Assembly: GCA_009103225.1 (NCBI GenBank) | Contig: RHPI01001616.1 | Coordinates: 126,640-190,639, forward strand | DNA length: 64,000 nucleotides | Origin: Chlorokybus atmophyticus | Lineage: Eukaryota; Plantae; Mesostigma and Chlorokybus algae | Reading direction: 5' to 3' | Shown: piece after piece, positions 26,506-38,700 of the stretch | Position numbering within the stretch: the stretch's first letter is position 1 | Layout of the letters: every line of letters starts with the position of its first letter | Notes under the pieces: model-generated | Database searches by the model: none | Seen by the model: the letters and a program-made list of their open reading frames with translations, nothing else | What the model was told of the DNA's origin: nothing | Position numbers and translations under genes: made by a program

Positions 26506-27984
26506 GGAAGGGAGGCTTCTTGATGTTATGAAGAACTGTCTTGAGCTATGCTCTCCTCAATGTGATACTGCACAAGGGAAATGAAGTCATTGTTACATGC
26601 ACTGGCCTCATAGCGCAAACACCCGCATACTAATGTGCATACGCGTGGTTGTGAGCATTGCATCAAATGGTTGTGTATCTCGATGTACATATTCACATGT
26701 ACATACTGGAAGAAACCCACACAGATGCACCTCCATGCAGATGTAATCATGACATACATCAATGTGGAAAGGCACATGGTACATGTGAACATGGGTGTGC
26801 ACGCATGCGCGCGGTGTATGTCTACACTGCTTCATGGCGGAGAGACCCGTTAACGGTCAAGCACACATGCACTTCCATATGCATGTGTACATATTATACA
26901 CACCTTCTTCAGCACCCAACGGTACATATCATAACCTCGCGCAATGACTTTGCGAGCCTCTTCCGGCTCAGTCTCATCTGAGTATGACTGCCAAAGCAGA
27001 GGTTAAAACAAAGCTCAGCACCAGTTGATAAACCAAGCCCTGTGCTGCCAGTCAAAGGCTGTGTGCGCGCTCGTGTATATGTCTGCATGCGCGCGTGCAT
27101 ACAGGTGTGCGTGCCTGTGTGCCTGTGTGCATATGCGTGCGTGCGTGTGTGTGCAAGTTTGTCTGCGCAAGTGTGCGTGTAACAACAACCATGTACCGCA
27201 AAGTTCTCACGGGCATGCGCGCGATAGTACGAGCCCGCGTCACGCGGCAAAAGCCGGCTTGCTCGGATAATCTGCAAGCATCATGTTCAAGGTCTCAACT
27301 TCTCAAGTTCTTGATATATACTCAAACACCACGAAGTGCAACATGCTCTCACATAACACAACACTGCTGTCGGCTTTGCTTTGATACCTCAACTAATCCC
27401 AGCATGCACTTGCAATGCTGTTTCATACTTTATCACCACTCTCGCAACAACTACGGCTGCACACAGCCGCAGCAAGTGCAAAACTGTCGACCGTAAGCAT
27501 AAGCAGCGGTATGCAACTGCGAGACTGCTGTTGCTACGTAGGGAACGTTAATACTAAAATAATATGTGTCATAATTGTGGTCACAATCACAGCGTTGCTA
27601 GGTGCACTCACAACTGACTGCTTCCAACCACTAGCGCCAATTAGCAAGCTGAAGTGAGCGGACTGATAGACAGCATGCAACAAGCAAGCAAAACCCTTGC
27701 GTTGCATGCGCCCGCATACAGCAGCAGGCTGTCGAGCAAGCTGGGGGAGCAAGCAGCGGATGCTTTTGACATGCGAAACACCAAGCATGCTTTCAGCGCT
27801 TACTGTTCTGTAAAGCCGCAACGCCTCCGCTCGTACCACACCACCACCGCCGCCGCCGCGCACAACCCCGCCGCCGCCGCTCATACCAGCAGGCAACCAG
27901 CTTGAGGTTATGAGCGTGAAGCTGGTTGCTAACAAGCTCAGCTTTCAGGTTGGAGACTGAGCTGTGAGTTTGGAACAGTGTAGC

Positions 27985-30900
27985 ATGGCGGCGTCGGCAA
28001 TGACAGCAACAAGTACGACCACGCCCACGACCACAACGAAGCACAAGCATACTGCAAAACGGAAGCCACTCGTGCGGCTGTTGATGCTACTGCTTGCCCA
28101 TGCCGACATCATCTGGTAGGATTTCAGCTAGTTGTCTGCTTGCTGGCTTGCTGTTGTTGTTGTGGTCGTTGCTGGCGACGATGGTGATGGTCTCTTGATT
28201 GTCGTCGACAGTGGCTTGCTGTACGTCGCTGGCGTGGTTGGTGTGGGCTGCTACCCGCGCATGGCCAGGGCCATGCACGTCTCGGAGAACGCCTTCATGC
28301 CAGGTGCAAAGTACAACCAGCTGCAAGCATGCTTGCAGCGGTCAATCAAGCTGGTCAGTTTTGTTCATGGATGCATCCACTTGCAAGCATTGGCCGAGCT
28401 TATGTTTGGCTTCTCCTAAAGAAAGCAGTGCATTAGTATTCATGAACATGCTACTCAAGTCAAGCATAACGCAATGCACATTGTTATATGTCCTGAATGC
28501 GATTGCAGCGGGTTGCATTAGGTAAAAGTTACTGTCCAACGTCCTGTGCTGGTACTTATGTCACACAGGTACTCCTAACCCTGCATTCCCATATAGTCGC
28601 GCAGCTGAAGTCACGCATCTTGCAGCTCAGCTCACCACTAACATCAGGTAACCAAGCACTCTACTGTGTTTGTTGAACTGTGTATGGGTGCATGCGTGCT
28701 TATGTGTGTGCGTGCGCGCATGCGCACATGTGCATGCGCACCTTTATGTGCGTGCCCGTGCACATGCGTGTATGCGAATGTGTGTGTGTGCGCTCATGCA
28801 TATACATGCGCGCGACTGCGTGTGTATACGCATGCGTATACACACGCAGTCCCGCGCATGCCCTGCGTGCGCGAATGTACCTGCGAGCTCACATGGCACG
28901 TGTGCGTGCACATGCATCAGACGTGCATGTGTGTACGCTCACTTTGCATGGCAGGGCAGCGCGACACCGCAATGGCTGCAGCAACACTTGGAATACGCGG
29001 GGATCGATGCTTACACGCAGACATTTCCATCAGCATTATCAGCAGCAGTCAGTGATGGAGAACAACCAACTGGCATCAATGTTGTTGGCATCCTCCGAGC
29101 AACAAAGGCAGACGGCAGCGAAGGAATTGTGCTTGCCACTCCGGTTAACTGGCTCAACCCGGTGAGCAACTCAGCAACAGTATTCGCACCGCACACATGT
29201 ACAGATGTGCGTAGTTGTACAAGAGTGTGTGCACATATGGACACACTCACACATCTGATGCTCACGCATACATGCTCGTGATTACGCACATGTGTACATA
29301 TGTGTACATGGACACGTGGGTGCATTATGCATACGTGTCGTGCTTGGCACACGTGTGAATGTGTGCATGTGTATGTGTGCACAAGTCGCAATCAACCATT
29401 GAGCGTCGTGCTCACGAACATTCATATTTGCTTCTCCAGAGTTCAGTTGATGCGCTGGCAGTAGCCTTTGGCTCAGTGCTGATGCAGCATCTTGCAACAA
29501 TGCCGTGGCTTGCGAAGGACATCGTGTGGTTGGCCTGCGATGCTTCAACTGGTACAATTGTTGTCTTTGTTGCGCGCATGTTGCCAATATAGTTCTATCA
29601 ACCAATATGCCGGTTGTTTCGCAGGAGCTCATGCGGGTATTGAAGCATGGGTCAACCAGTACTACTCGCCTACGCACGCACACACGCAAAGCGCATCCAA
29701 CAACACCTCGCAACAGTACTTTCAACGTGCTGGCGCAATCCAGACCGCGATCGTGCTGGACTTTGCCACCGCATCCTTTGACACAGTTGAAGTGAGCCAA
29801 CACTGTTAACAATGTTGTTGTTGCTGGTTTTTCGCGCACGCGCTATCGACGACACATCTGTGACAATCTGCTTTTCCGCAGATTGCTGTGCAGGGTTTAA
29901 ACGGCAGGTTGCCCAATTTGGACCTGGTCACTGTTGCACAGCAGGAATCTTCTCACATGCAGTTGCCATTCCAGCTGGCAGTGATGAAGAAGCACGAGGC
30001 ATTGCAGAGGTTTGTGCAGCAAACTCTATCGAAGCAACTTGTTACCACACACGTTCGACATGTTTGGCCAAAATGCACTCACCCACATGCTCTCGGTTGA
30101 TTACTTTGTGATGTTTACAGCTTGTCTGTTCCCAAATTTCTTAGACAAGTTGACGAATACATCCCAGGAGCACAATCGTATTGGGGCTCAGTTCAACCTC
30201 TCCTCAACTTCTTACAAGAACAGGTACTGATGCCAAACCCAACACTGTAAAGCACACTGTAGACTGTTCTGATAAAGTGTAATGTTGTATACATGTCACA
30301 GTTGGTGGGGGTTCCGACGGGTGTGCATGCAGCCTTTTTAGAATATGCCATTGATGCGATCACACTTCGCTTGGAAGGGCGCTCAACGCAGAGTCGCAAC
30401 CGCAACGTGGCATCTGACCGCAACATCCACAAGCTTGGGAGGTATTGAGCTCATGCGACTAACTGTAGTTCAGTGTGCGACTCACCAAAACACGCACACA
30501 CGCGCGCAATGTGTTGTTATGTGTCACATGTGTACTGTGCGTGCGTGCATGCGTGCGCATGCGCGTGTGTGTAACCGTGTCAAAAACAGGTACATGGAGC
30601 AGCTGATTAGAGACTGCAACAACCTTCTCGAGCGTCTCCATCACTCGCACTCGCTGTATTTACTCACTGACGCCTCAGTGACATCATTCGTGTCCATCAA
30701 CGACTACATGTTGCCTTTGGGGCTGCTCCTTGCAGCTCTTCCATTGAAGGCAGGCGCCATCGCTGCTGCAGCGCACACAACAGCTGGCAGCAACTTCACA
30801 CCGAGCGCTTGGCTTTATTCTTTGCTTGTTGTGGCCATAGCAGTCTTTGGCTGCTGTATCGTCGGCGCTTCAGTCATCATCAGCCTATGGCAACCAACCA

Positions 30901-31340
30901 GCAATAGTTTCACATTCCCGCTGTGGTCAGTTCTGTTGGCGGTTGTGCTTGCAACAACAGTCTCATTCAAGAATCCTCTCCAACTTAAGGATTACATGCC
31001 GCCATGGAAGGCAGTGAAGTGTGTCACGCTGGCGGTTACAGCAGCGGGGTTGGCGACGGTGTCAATGTTGGATTTTGCTCTTGCGCTCACGTGCACCATT
31101 GCGCTGGTCCCTGCGGCTCTGCTTGCTGGGCCAACTGGCGGTGTTGTGGCCAAGGCTGCTGTGGTGTTGTTGTCGCCAATTGGGACGGCGCTACTGTTGG
31201 GTCCAAGCTTTTGTTGGGATGTCTTCAGGGCTTCTGCGCAGAGTTATGTGCAGTGGTGGACTTTGGCGTTTCCCGTCTTACTCACAGTGTACCTGCCCTG
31301 TAGCTTGCTAAGCCTGTACCTCGCAGTCTTGGCAAGGTGA
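27985..31340 (+). CDS. GAA1: GPI transamidase subunit Gaa1/GPAA1
   Basis: HVSENAFMPG; GINVVGILRATKADGSEGIVLATP; WLAKDIVWL; QGLNGRLPNLDLV; GVPTGVHAAFLEYAIDAITL; NNLLERLHHS..FVSINDYM; multi-TM C-terminus ending at 31340. Confidence 0.93.
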
Positions 31341-32000
31341 TGCCTTGTGCACATTCTTGTAGACATGACATGGTTGAATTGCAAGTATGGTGCCACCAAG
31401 CGTGTCATGCCACACACTTTCACTGCCTATTGCATGCTGTTCCATGTGATATCCATGGTGTATGCTTTAAATGTTGCGTGCATGCTTTCATAGACAATTT
31501 GCAAAGCCCCAGACACCAAGTGACTGGCTCATGCAGTTGTTCGAGAATTCATTGAACATCACCTGCGTGATATAGTCTCGCAAGTTACTTGATCACAAGT
31601 CGTAACCAAAGTGATAACTGATGTTTGCTTCACTTGGCGGAGGTGGAACCCGAATGTACCTTGCTCGTTTCGTGCAAACTGCATCATAACAAAACTTTGC
31701 CGTCAACTTGTGTGTTGGTGCCTTCTGCATGACAGCAATGAGAAAGCATTCAGGAACGAGAAAGAGACATAGCTGGTGAGATAGCTTGCAAGCTTCACAG
31801 TTAGTAACAGCGCGCAGTGTTCTACTACTAGCTCGCTGCTGCTCAGCCCTTCTGACCTGGCCCCCTGCACATGGCCAGTCACATCTGCATGCGGGTTGAA
31901 GTGGTACATGCACAGCCGCGCAAACTCTTTGCGAATGATCGCCAGCAGCTGCGGCTGTGTTGGAGTATGCAATATCCAGAGGGTGAGAGGTCCGTTTTCT

Positions 32001-35000
32001 TTACAAAGCTATGTGCTGCAGGCCGTGCTTGGGCAACTTGGGCAGTTTGGGTGTTCGGGGAGTCTGGCTCTTGACGTAAACAAGGTCGTACATGTCCGAG
32101 TTAAGGTGGGCTCTGTACAGCTGACAGACCAGCGCAGAGCCTTCTGTCATCGTGCGCTCATCACAACCCGGCGCCCACCACTTGTACACTAGCTGCGCCT
32201 TCCTGTCTTTAGAGTTTAGAGGGATCTGCCCATCACAACAAGTGCAATAATTAGTCAGTTGCTGCCTGTGCTTAAGTAAACCAGTGCTGATGAACGATGA
32301 GTCGATACAGGGGGTTGTGTGTGACCATCCGAATGTGCTTATTGCTGTTTACCTGCCAGTGCTTGTACAGCTCTTCACGCGCGGCTGGGCTGATGATCTT
32401 CTTGAGCAGGCGTGCTAGGAGTCCTCGTTCTCTATCAATGGCTTTGGCATCCCCAACCTGAGAACCGCCGGAACATGATGATAAACTTGAATATGACCAA
32501 TGTGCGCCTACTGTGAGGTCAGTGACAGTCTCGCAACATGTACCTGACCAAGCACATCACCACGCCCAAATCGATGCCGGGTCTGCAACCACTTGAGCCT
32601 CCTATACTCCACCTCGTAGTAAAATGCATCTGGTGTTTGCCTGTTTGAAACCTGCCAGGCAGCATGCAAGACATCGACTTACGGTCAGCTCAGTCACAAC
32701 ATGAAGCGCATGCTGCAGATAGGGCAGTACCACAAAGGCGATGTAGAAGCGGGATCTGTGCAGCAATGGAATGAACAACTCTTCCCACAGCTGCACCACA
32801 CTTGCCATCATCTCTTTGCCGTCCATCTGGACCGTGTCGGTGAAATGCTTCAAGCCAAACGAGCTTGGCGTGCTTACATACAAGAGTTTATACGTCAGTT
32901 ACAAGCGCAAGGTGCGTTAAACCAAAACAGGTTACAGTGCTTGAGATACACAGGCATGTGTATCATCTGTGCACGTATCAGCTGCGAAAAGATGGCAGCT
33001 GAAGTACCTGGCTGCGGAGGTAGTCATCGCCTCATCCCTCTCTTTTGACAATAATAGATTGCGCTCCTCCAATCGCAGAACCTCTCCTACAAGCAACTGC
33101 ACCAGGAGTTGCACCTCCAGTTAAGCCAAGCGGTTCCGAGCATGACATTAGCAAAGTTTCTGATGAGACCCACACACATGCCTCAAAACTATCTTTGGGT
33201 ACTGTATGACATACAACTTGGTCTATGCAAGCAATGCAACCTGGCACACACGCCCACACACACAGAGACACAGATCAACATGTAGAGAACACACAGCAAC
33301 ACAAAGCAGCTGATGTACGCAGATGCTAGTCACAACAGGCTGACTGGCCTAGTTACAAGGCTACCTGTTTTTGGTACTGCAATTTGGACACCTCATCCCT
33401 CAATTCTACAATGTACTTCTTGACAGTCCCCACGTTCTCCTCCAAAGCCTGTGCGAGTGAAGTGTATCAAACAACAGACCAATACTGCAACCTTGTGCAC
33501 GCTGCCACCCTGAAGCCCCTGCACCTTCTCAAATAGCATGCGGAGCTTCTCAATGTTGAACAGCACCATGCCATTGGCAGCCACCCCACCAGCTGGCAGA
33601 GGCTTGCTGGCAAGCTTGTTTGATGGTGCTTGCTGCTGATTTTGCCACCTGAACAGTAAAACTGTTGGCTATTTTAACAGGTTTAACTGCTGTCATCTGG
33701 CTCAACCACCGACTCCTCCATGTAACAAATGGACACGCATATCCTTGCTGACCTGCCATGTTGCTGGCCATCATCCCGCTGCACCAACTGCATCTGCAGC
33801 TGGTTATGTATGGTGTTGATGTCATCGGTTGATTTGGACAGAGGAATGTGCGAATGCTCGCTGTTGGCATTCTTCTCTGTCAGCACGCGCCTGCTGCTTC
33901 GTACAAGATCCTCCGAAGTGGCTGTCGCTGCATCAAAGTACATCTTGTCCAGGGACGCCTGCCAACGAACAGCAACACATAGAGTCGTGGACAGCGTGTT
34001 GATAGATACCTTCAAACGAACGTGTGCACACAATCCAAGTCACAAATAACAATTCAGCTATGTAAGTGCCACCAGAGTCAGTTAGCATATTGCAAGCACA
34101 CCTGCATGTCTGCAAGCCTGGCTTCTAGGTCCCTTACGGCCCCCTCAGCGAGGTTACCCATCTCATTGGGCGGTAGCTCCTGTTAACATCAGCAATAAAC
34201 ATTGGATCAGATCATCAGTCATAAAGGCCCAGAGCCAACACTACAAAGTTGGCAGAGTAAAAGGTGTTTATATAACTATTCTGATCAGTGCAAATGTCTT
34301 TTCTCATCTCTCCCATAAGCCCACTTGTAGTCCATGTGATGCTCACCAACATAAAGTTGCATGCCCAGGAACTAGAGTTGCATGCAGCATGAATGCAACA
34401 TGGCAAGTTTATTCCTGCTCCTCATCCTCGAACTGGCAGCTACCGAGCACGTTTACACATGTTTACCAACAACACATGTCAAGTCTTACCTGCGGTGGTG
34501 GAAAAGCCTGTGTAGACTGCCGCAAGGCCCGCATTGCATCGTCCCTTTCCCTCATCAAAACATCTGCGCCTACAATGGTATATGCCGTGGGCAACAAGCA
34601 ACGCACCAGCGAGCGTGCATCTGTTGCTTATCATCAGTGATACTCTGCTACTGACAATAAACTCACCTTCTTGGCTTTTGGCTGCCTTGATCATCAAGGT
34701 GATCTCATTCTGCACGCTTTGCCATGCCTGCTGAGCCTCATTGCGTGCCGGGCTGTATGTGTCTTCGTCCTTCGTTCGGCCTTGCACATACCAGTGCTAA
34801 GCAAGTCTGATTATGGGAAATCAAACACGTAACCGTTGAACAGCGGAAACTCTTCAGCTTACCTGTCCGGCCACTGTCATCCGTTGAATGCTCGTCGTGG
34901 GTAGCGTCAGCTGACAGCGTGCGTGATGAAGTTGAAGCCCCATCAGCCGACACATCTGCTTCATCACGACAATAGAATATGTGAAGAACACACTTGCCTG

Positions 35001-35159
35001 CTTTTGCACAAGAGACTCTAGCCAAGACTTACCCCCAGCCCTGCCATTTGCAGCACCTGCACTCCTTGCTCCAGCACCTCTCCCGCCGCTGCCGGTGCTG
35101 TTACCGCCGCCGCTCCGACCCAGCCCCGCCTGAGCCCAGCTCCACCCAGACGCAGGCAT
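32001..35159 (-). CDS. NACK/HINKEL-type kinesin-7 stalk and tail (DUF3490) protein with no kinesin motor domain
   Basis: LEARLADMQASLDKMY; NIEKLRMLFEK|ALEENVGTVKKYIVELRDEVSKLQYQKQ|LLVGEVLRLE; VVQLWEELFIPLLHRSRFYIAF; FYYEVEYRRLKWL; ERGLLARLLKK..REELYKHWQ; LNSKDRKAQLVYKWW..EGSALVCQL. Only about 130 aa of low-complexity or coiled-coil sequence precede these motifs. Confidence 0.85.
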
Positions 35160-35236
35160 ACTGTCCCCTCCCCTCCCCGCCTCTGCCACAGCCCGACGAC
35201 GCTCACCCCGCCGCCCACACTGCCGACGCCGCCTCC

Positions 35237-35245
35237 AAACCCTAA
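35237..35245 (+). promoter_or_regulatory. Telobox (AAACCCTAA) in the divergent promoter between the NACK-tail gene and the RecQ-RdRP gene
   Basis: Exact motif, located just upstream of the GC-rich leader of the minus-strand gene. Confidence 0.6.
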
Positions 35246-35719
35246 TTCAAAGCCTGTTTCAAACAGTTTGGAAAAACGCGCTGAAGAGAACCGTTTGCAC
35301 TAACAGTTCCTGAGGACCTTTTTTCATGCCTGGGACTCCGATCCTGAATGTCTATCCGAGAGCACAAGTTAATCCGCATAGCTTGTGCGTCCCGCACTTG
35401 AGCATGCACATGAGCAGATGAGAACACAAGCATAGCATCATGTCAGCTGCATGCTGGATCAGGTCAGCGGCCGTAGCAATGGCGGTGGCGGTGTTGGTGG
35501 CGGCGGCGGCGTTGGCACCAGAGGCAACACTGGAGTGGGTGGGACTAGTGGAGTGTTTTAGACGTGCTGACTGAAGCTTTTGACAAGCGGTTGCGCAGTT
35601 TCGCTAGCTGCTGCTCTCGAGCCTGCTAGTGCATGCTGGTTGGCAAGATCAGGCGTGAGGCGCATTGATGCTTGCACAGTGTGGGCGTTGCTTGACAATA
35701 GATTGAAAACCTTGCTGCT

Positions 35720-38700
35720 ATGGTGGGCGCTGAGGAAGAGTTTGTCGACTTGACCCTTATTGATTATGACGACGATGAGACAGAGCAGGTAGGCACTGAG
35801 TAGAAGCAGAACCAGCGCAAGTTGCTTGCTGCCTACCAATGCCAATGTGTTGGTACAAGGGCTCCTCCTCGGTTGTTTGTACGGTCAATACAAGTGCGGT
35901 ACTGCACTGATATGCGCTCGCTTTTACATTGGCAAACGTTGAGGCATTGGTAATGCCTGCAAGATGCATGCGTATGCACAAGGGCTAGCAGTGGCTGGGA
36001 AGTGTAGCTGAGCACGAGAAGCATCAAGCTCAAGAGGCGGGGAACTGCTACCTAAATGGTTAAATCACATTCACCACTTCAACAACTTTACATGAGAGTA
36101 GAGCATCATGAACCATATACCTTGCTATACTGCTGCACGCATGCATGCAACAATGTAGCCTCTACCGCATACATGTATTCGGTTAAACTAGTGCGCATGT
36201 ATCGCTCACATTGCATGCATACATGTATGCATGCAATGTGAGCGCATGCATGCATTCGCACTATTACCGCATACATGCATGTATGCATGTGCGCTTGCAT
36301 GCATGGCTCCAACCATATTTGCAAGCAGTTTGGCTGCACATAATGATTCCTAGTCCATGCAGGCACCCATCACTACACCACGCATCAGAATAAGACCTCG
36401 CCGGCAAGCTTCTTGTGCTATTGGGCCGGTTATAACCCTCCACAAAACCGCAAGAACAACAAAGCTCGCCAACAAGCAGTCAAGGCGTTCTTCCGTACAC
36501 AGTTAGTTCTTATTTGCATGGTGGTAACTCTGCAGGAGAACTCTGTTCGCCAGTGCAACTCAATCCCATCATCATCATCATAACATGCGTGCGCACGTGC
36601 ATGTGTGCGCAGATGTGTATGCGTGTTCATGATTGCATTCGTGTGGCAGCTGTGCAGACTGAAAGCGTGCCAAGTCTAGCACGCGCAGTGGATAGGGAGC
36701 TGGATCCTGAAGCGCTCTTGCGTGTGATCAGCAAATGCAAAGGTCCACCGCCAGGGCACTCCGCCCAGCACAGCGCTCATGCCGTGGACACGCCAACGGA
36801 CGTGTCGGCTCCACATACGCCAGCTGGCACGAGTTCTTCCCGACCAGCTCCAGACCAATCCGCTACAGCATCTCAACATGTAGCCGTGGAGGAAGAACCA
36901 GCCACATGCACATGGCCAGCCACACTTCACACTGCTGCAAACACGGAGCGCGATGATGCCCAACGCAAAGAACAGTTGCGCGATGACATCCGACAGGAAT
37001 CCACAGATTTGCAGACTCCTGAAAGCTGCATGCGGCTTCTCTATTCTGCTGCCCAACTGTACCAAGAACTTGCACATGCAGGTGCGATGGTTGTGTGCAT
37101 GCCAGTATGCTAATACTGCGTTGTGTAGCAGCGTGTCTACATTGCCGGTTCGCTCCCCTCCGATCTCCCATGTAACATGTCTACTGAGTTTTGACATCTA
37201 ACATTGATTGCTGCAGATTGCACACGCAAGTGGGCTCAGCCTTCTCCTCAATGGGACGACAAGGTTCATGCAGCCCTAGCCAAACTGGGCTTTGCTTGCT
37301 GGCGTCCCGGCCAGAGAGAAGCCGTGCTGGCAGGCTTGCACAAGGTCAATAGAATGGTCAGGTGGCCTACTGGCAGCGGTGCGTAGATTTTGCACTTAGT
37401 TCAACCTTCTTTGAATGTTTGCCATGCAGCCAGCTGTCAACCTTCTTCCCATATTTATGTTGCTTGCGCCGCAGGCAAGAGCGCATGTTACCAGATTCCT
37501 GGCATGCTGCTGCCTGGATTGACTATTGTCGTCGTTCCTTTGAACGTGCTGAAGTGGGACCAGGCAAGCAAGCAAGCAATGCTGAAACACATGCAGCCCT
37601 CTGCTCTTTCAACTATATATCTCTTGATTACATTGCTGCAGGCAGCTTCTTTGCGAAGACGTTTGGGCAAGGACTGCTGCATGATTCTCAACAAGATTGA
37701 CACACGCAACTCTGAAAGCATCCAAGAACAGGACCAGCGCCTGCTTGAGCTGCGAAGGCCGGACTGCGCAACCAAGTTTGTCTTTCTGACACCTGAAAAA
37801 GTAAGTGAATGTGTACAACAATGGGCTGCTCTCAGCCAGCTTCATGCTGGTGTACTTCTTAATCTGAAGCATTCATTGGTTGCTGTGTAGATGGTTTCGT
37901 CAGTAGCCGTGAGAGACTTGTTGCGCGAGCTTTATGCGCAGGACAGGATTGCAGGGGTACGATGAGTATAACTCACTGCCGTATATGCAAGGCCAACACT
38001 TCCAGGCTTTTGCATGCTCCCATCTGCCTGCCCTACTCATCTCTGCCTGTTCAGGTCGTGTTCGATGAATGCCACAATTTGCTGGATTCCCACAAGCTGT
38101 TTCGCAACGACTATGTGGTGAGATCGCATGCACACAAATTTTATTATTGCAGCAGTGAAGTCTGTATGACACTGTGACAATGCGTGCGCAGAAAGCTGCC
38201 CGGTTTATGAAGGAGTATTTACCAACAGTTGCCAAGACGGTGATGACGGCTGTCATCTCAGACCAGGACATGGACAAAATGTCCAGGGTGTTTGATGGGC
38301 TCAGCATAAACCCTCAGCCATGGCAACGCTTCCTGCAACCTTTGCGTCGACCCAACATACGCATTGAGGTACGTGCATCTCATGCCTGTGACGTGGTTGT
38401 CATGCGCATTGTTGGATTGTGCTGTCCTCTATGTGCGCACGCACACAAGCATGCATACATTTCGCGTGCACGCCCGTGCGCATGCAATTGTGAGGCACTG
38501 TGCATATACATACTCATGCACGCACACGGGCACACACACTATTGATGCCACTGCATGCGTGCGTGTCTCTGTGTGACATATGCAGCTTGTCAATCAACAC
38601 CAACATACTGATGAGGCTGCTAAGTTCACTGCTCATTGCATGCAGGGTTGGCATCGTACAGAAAAGCGACGCAACGCGAGCTCAGTTGAGGACTGTCAAG

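Noticed and set aside
35558-35845. Minus-strand ORF that looks like a signal-anchored protein (and its counterpart at 1975-2214 +)
   Set aside because: It is the antisense shadow of the acidic plus-strand exon of the RecQ-RdRP gene, which has proper splice sites and phase.
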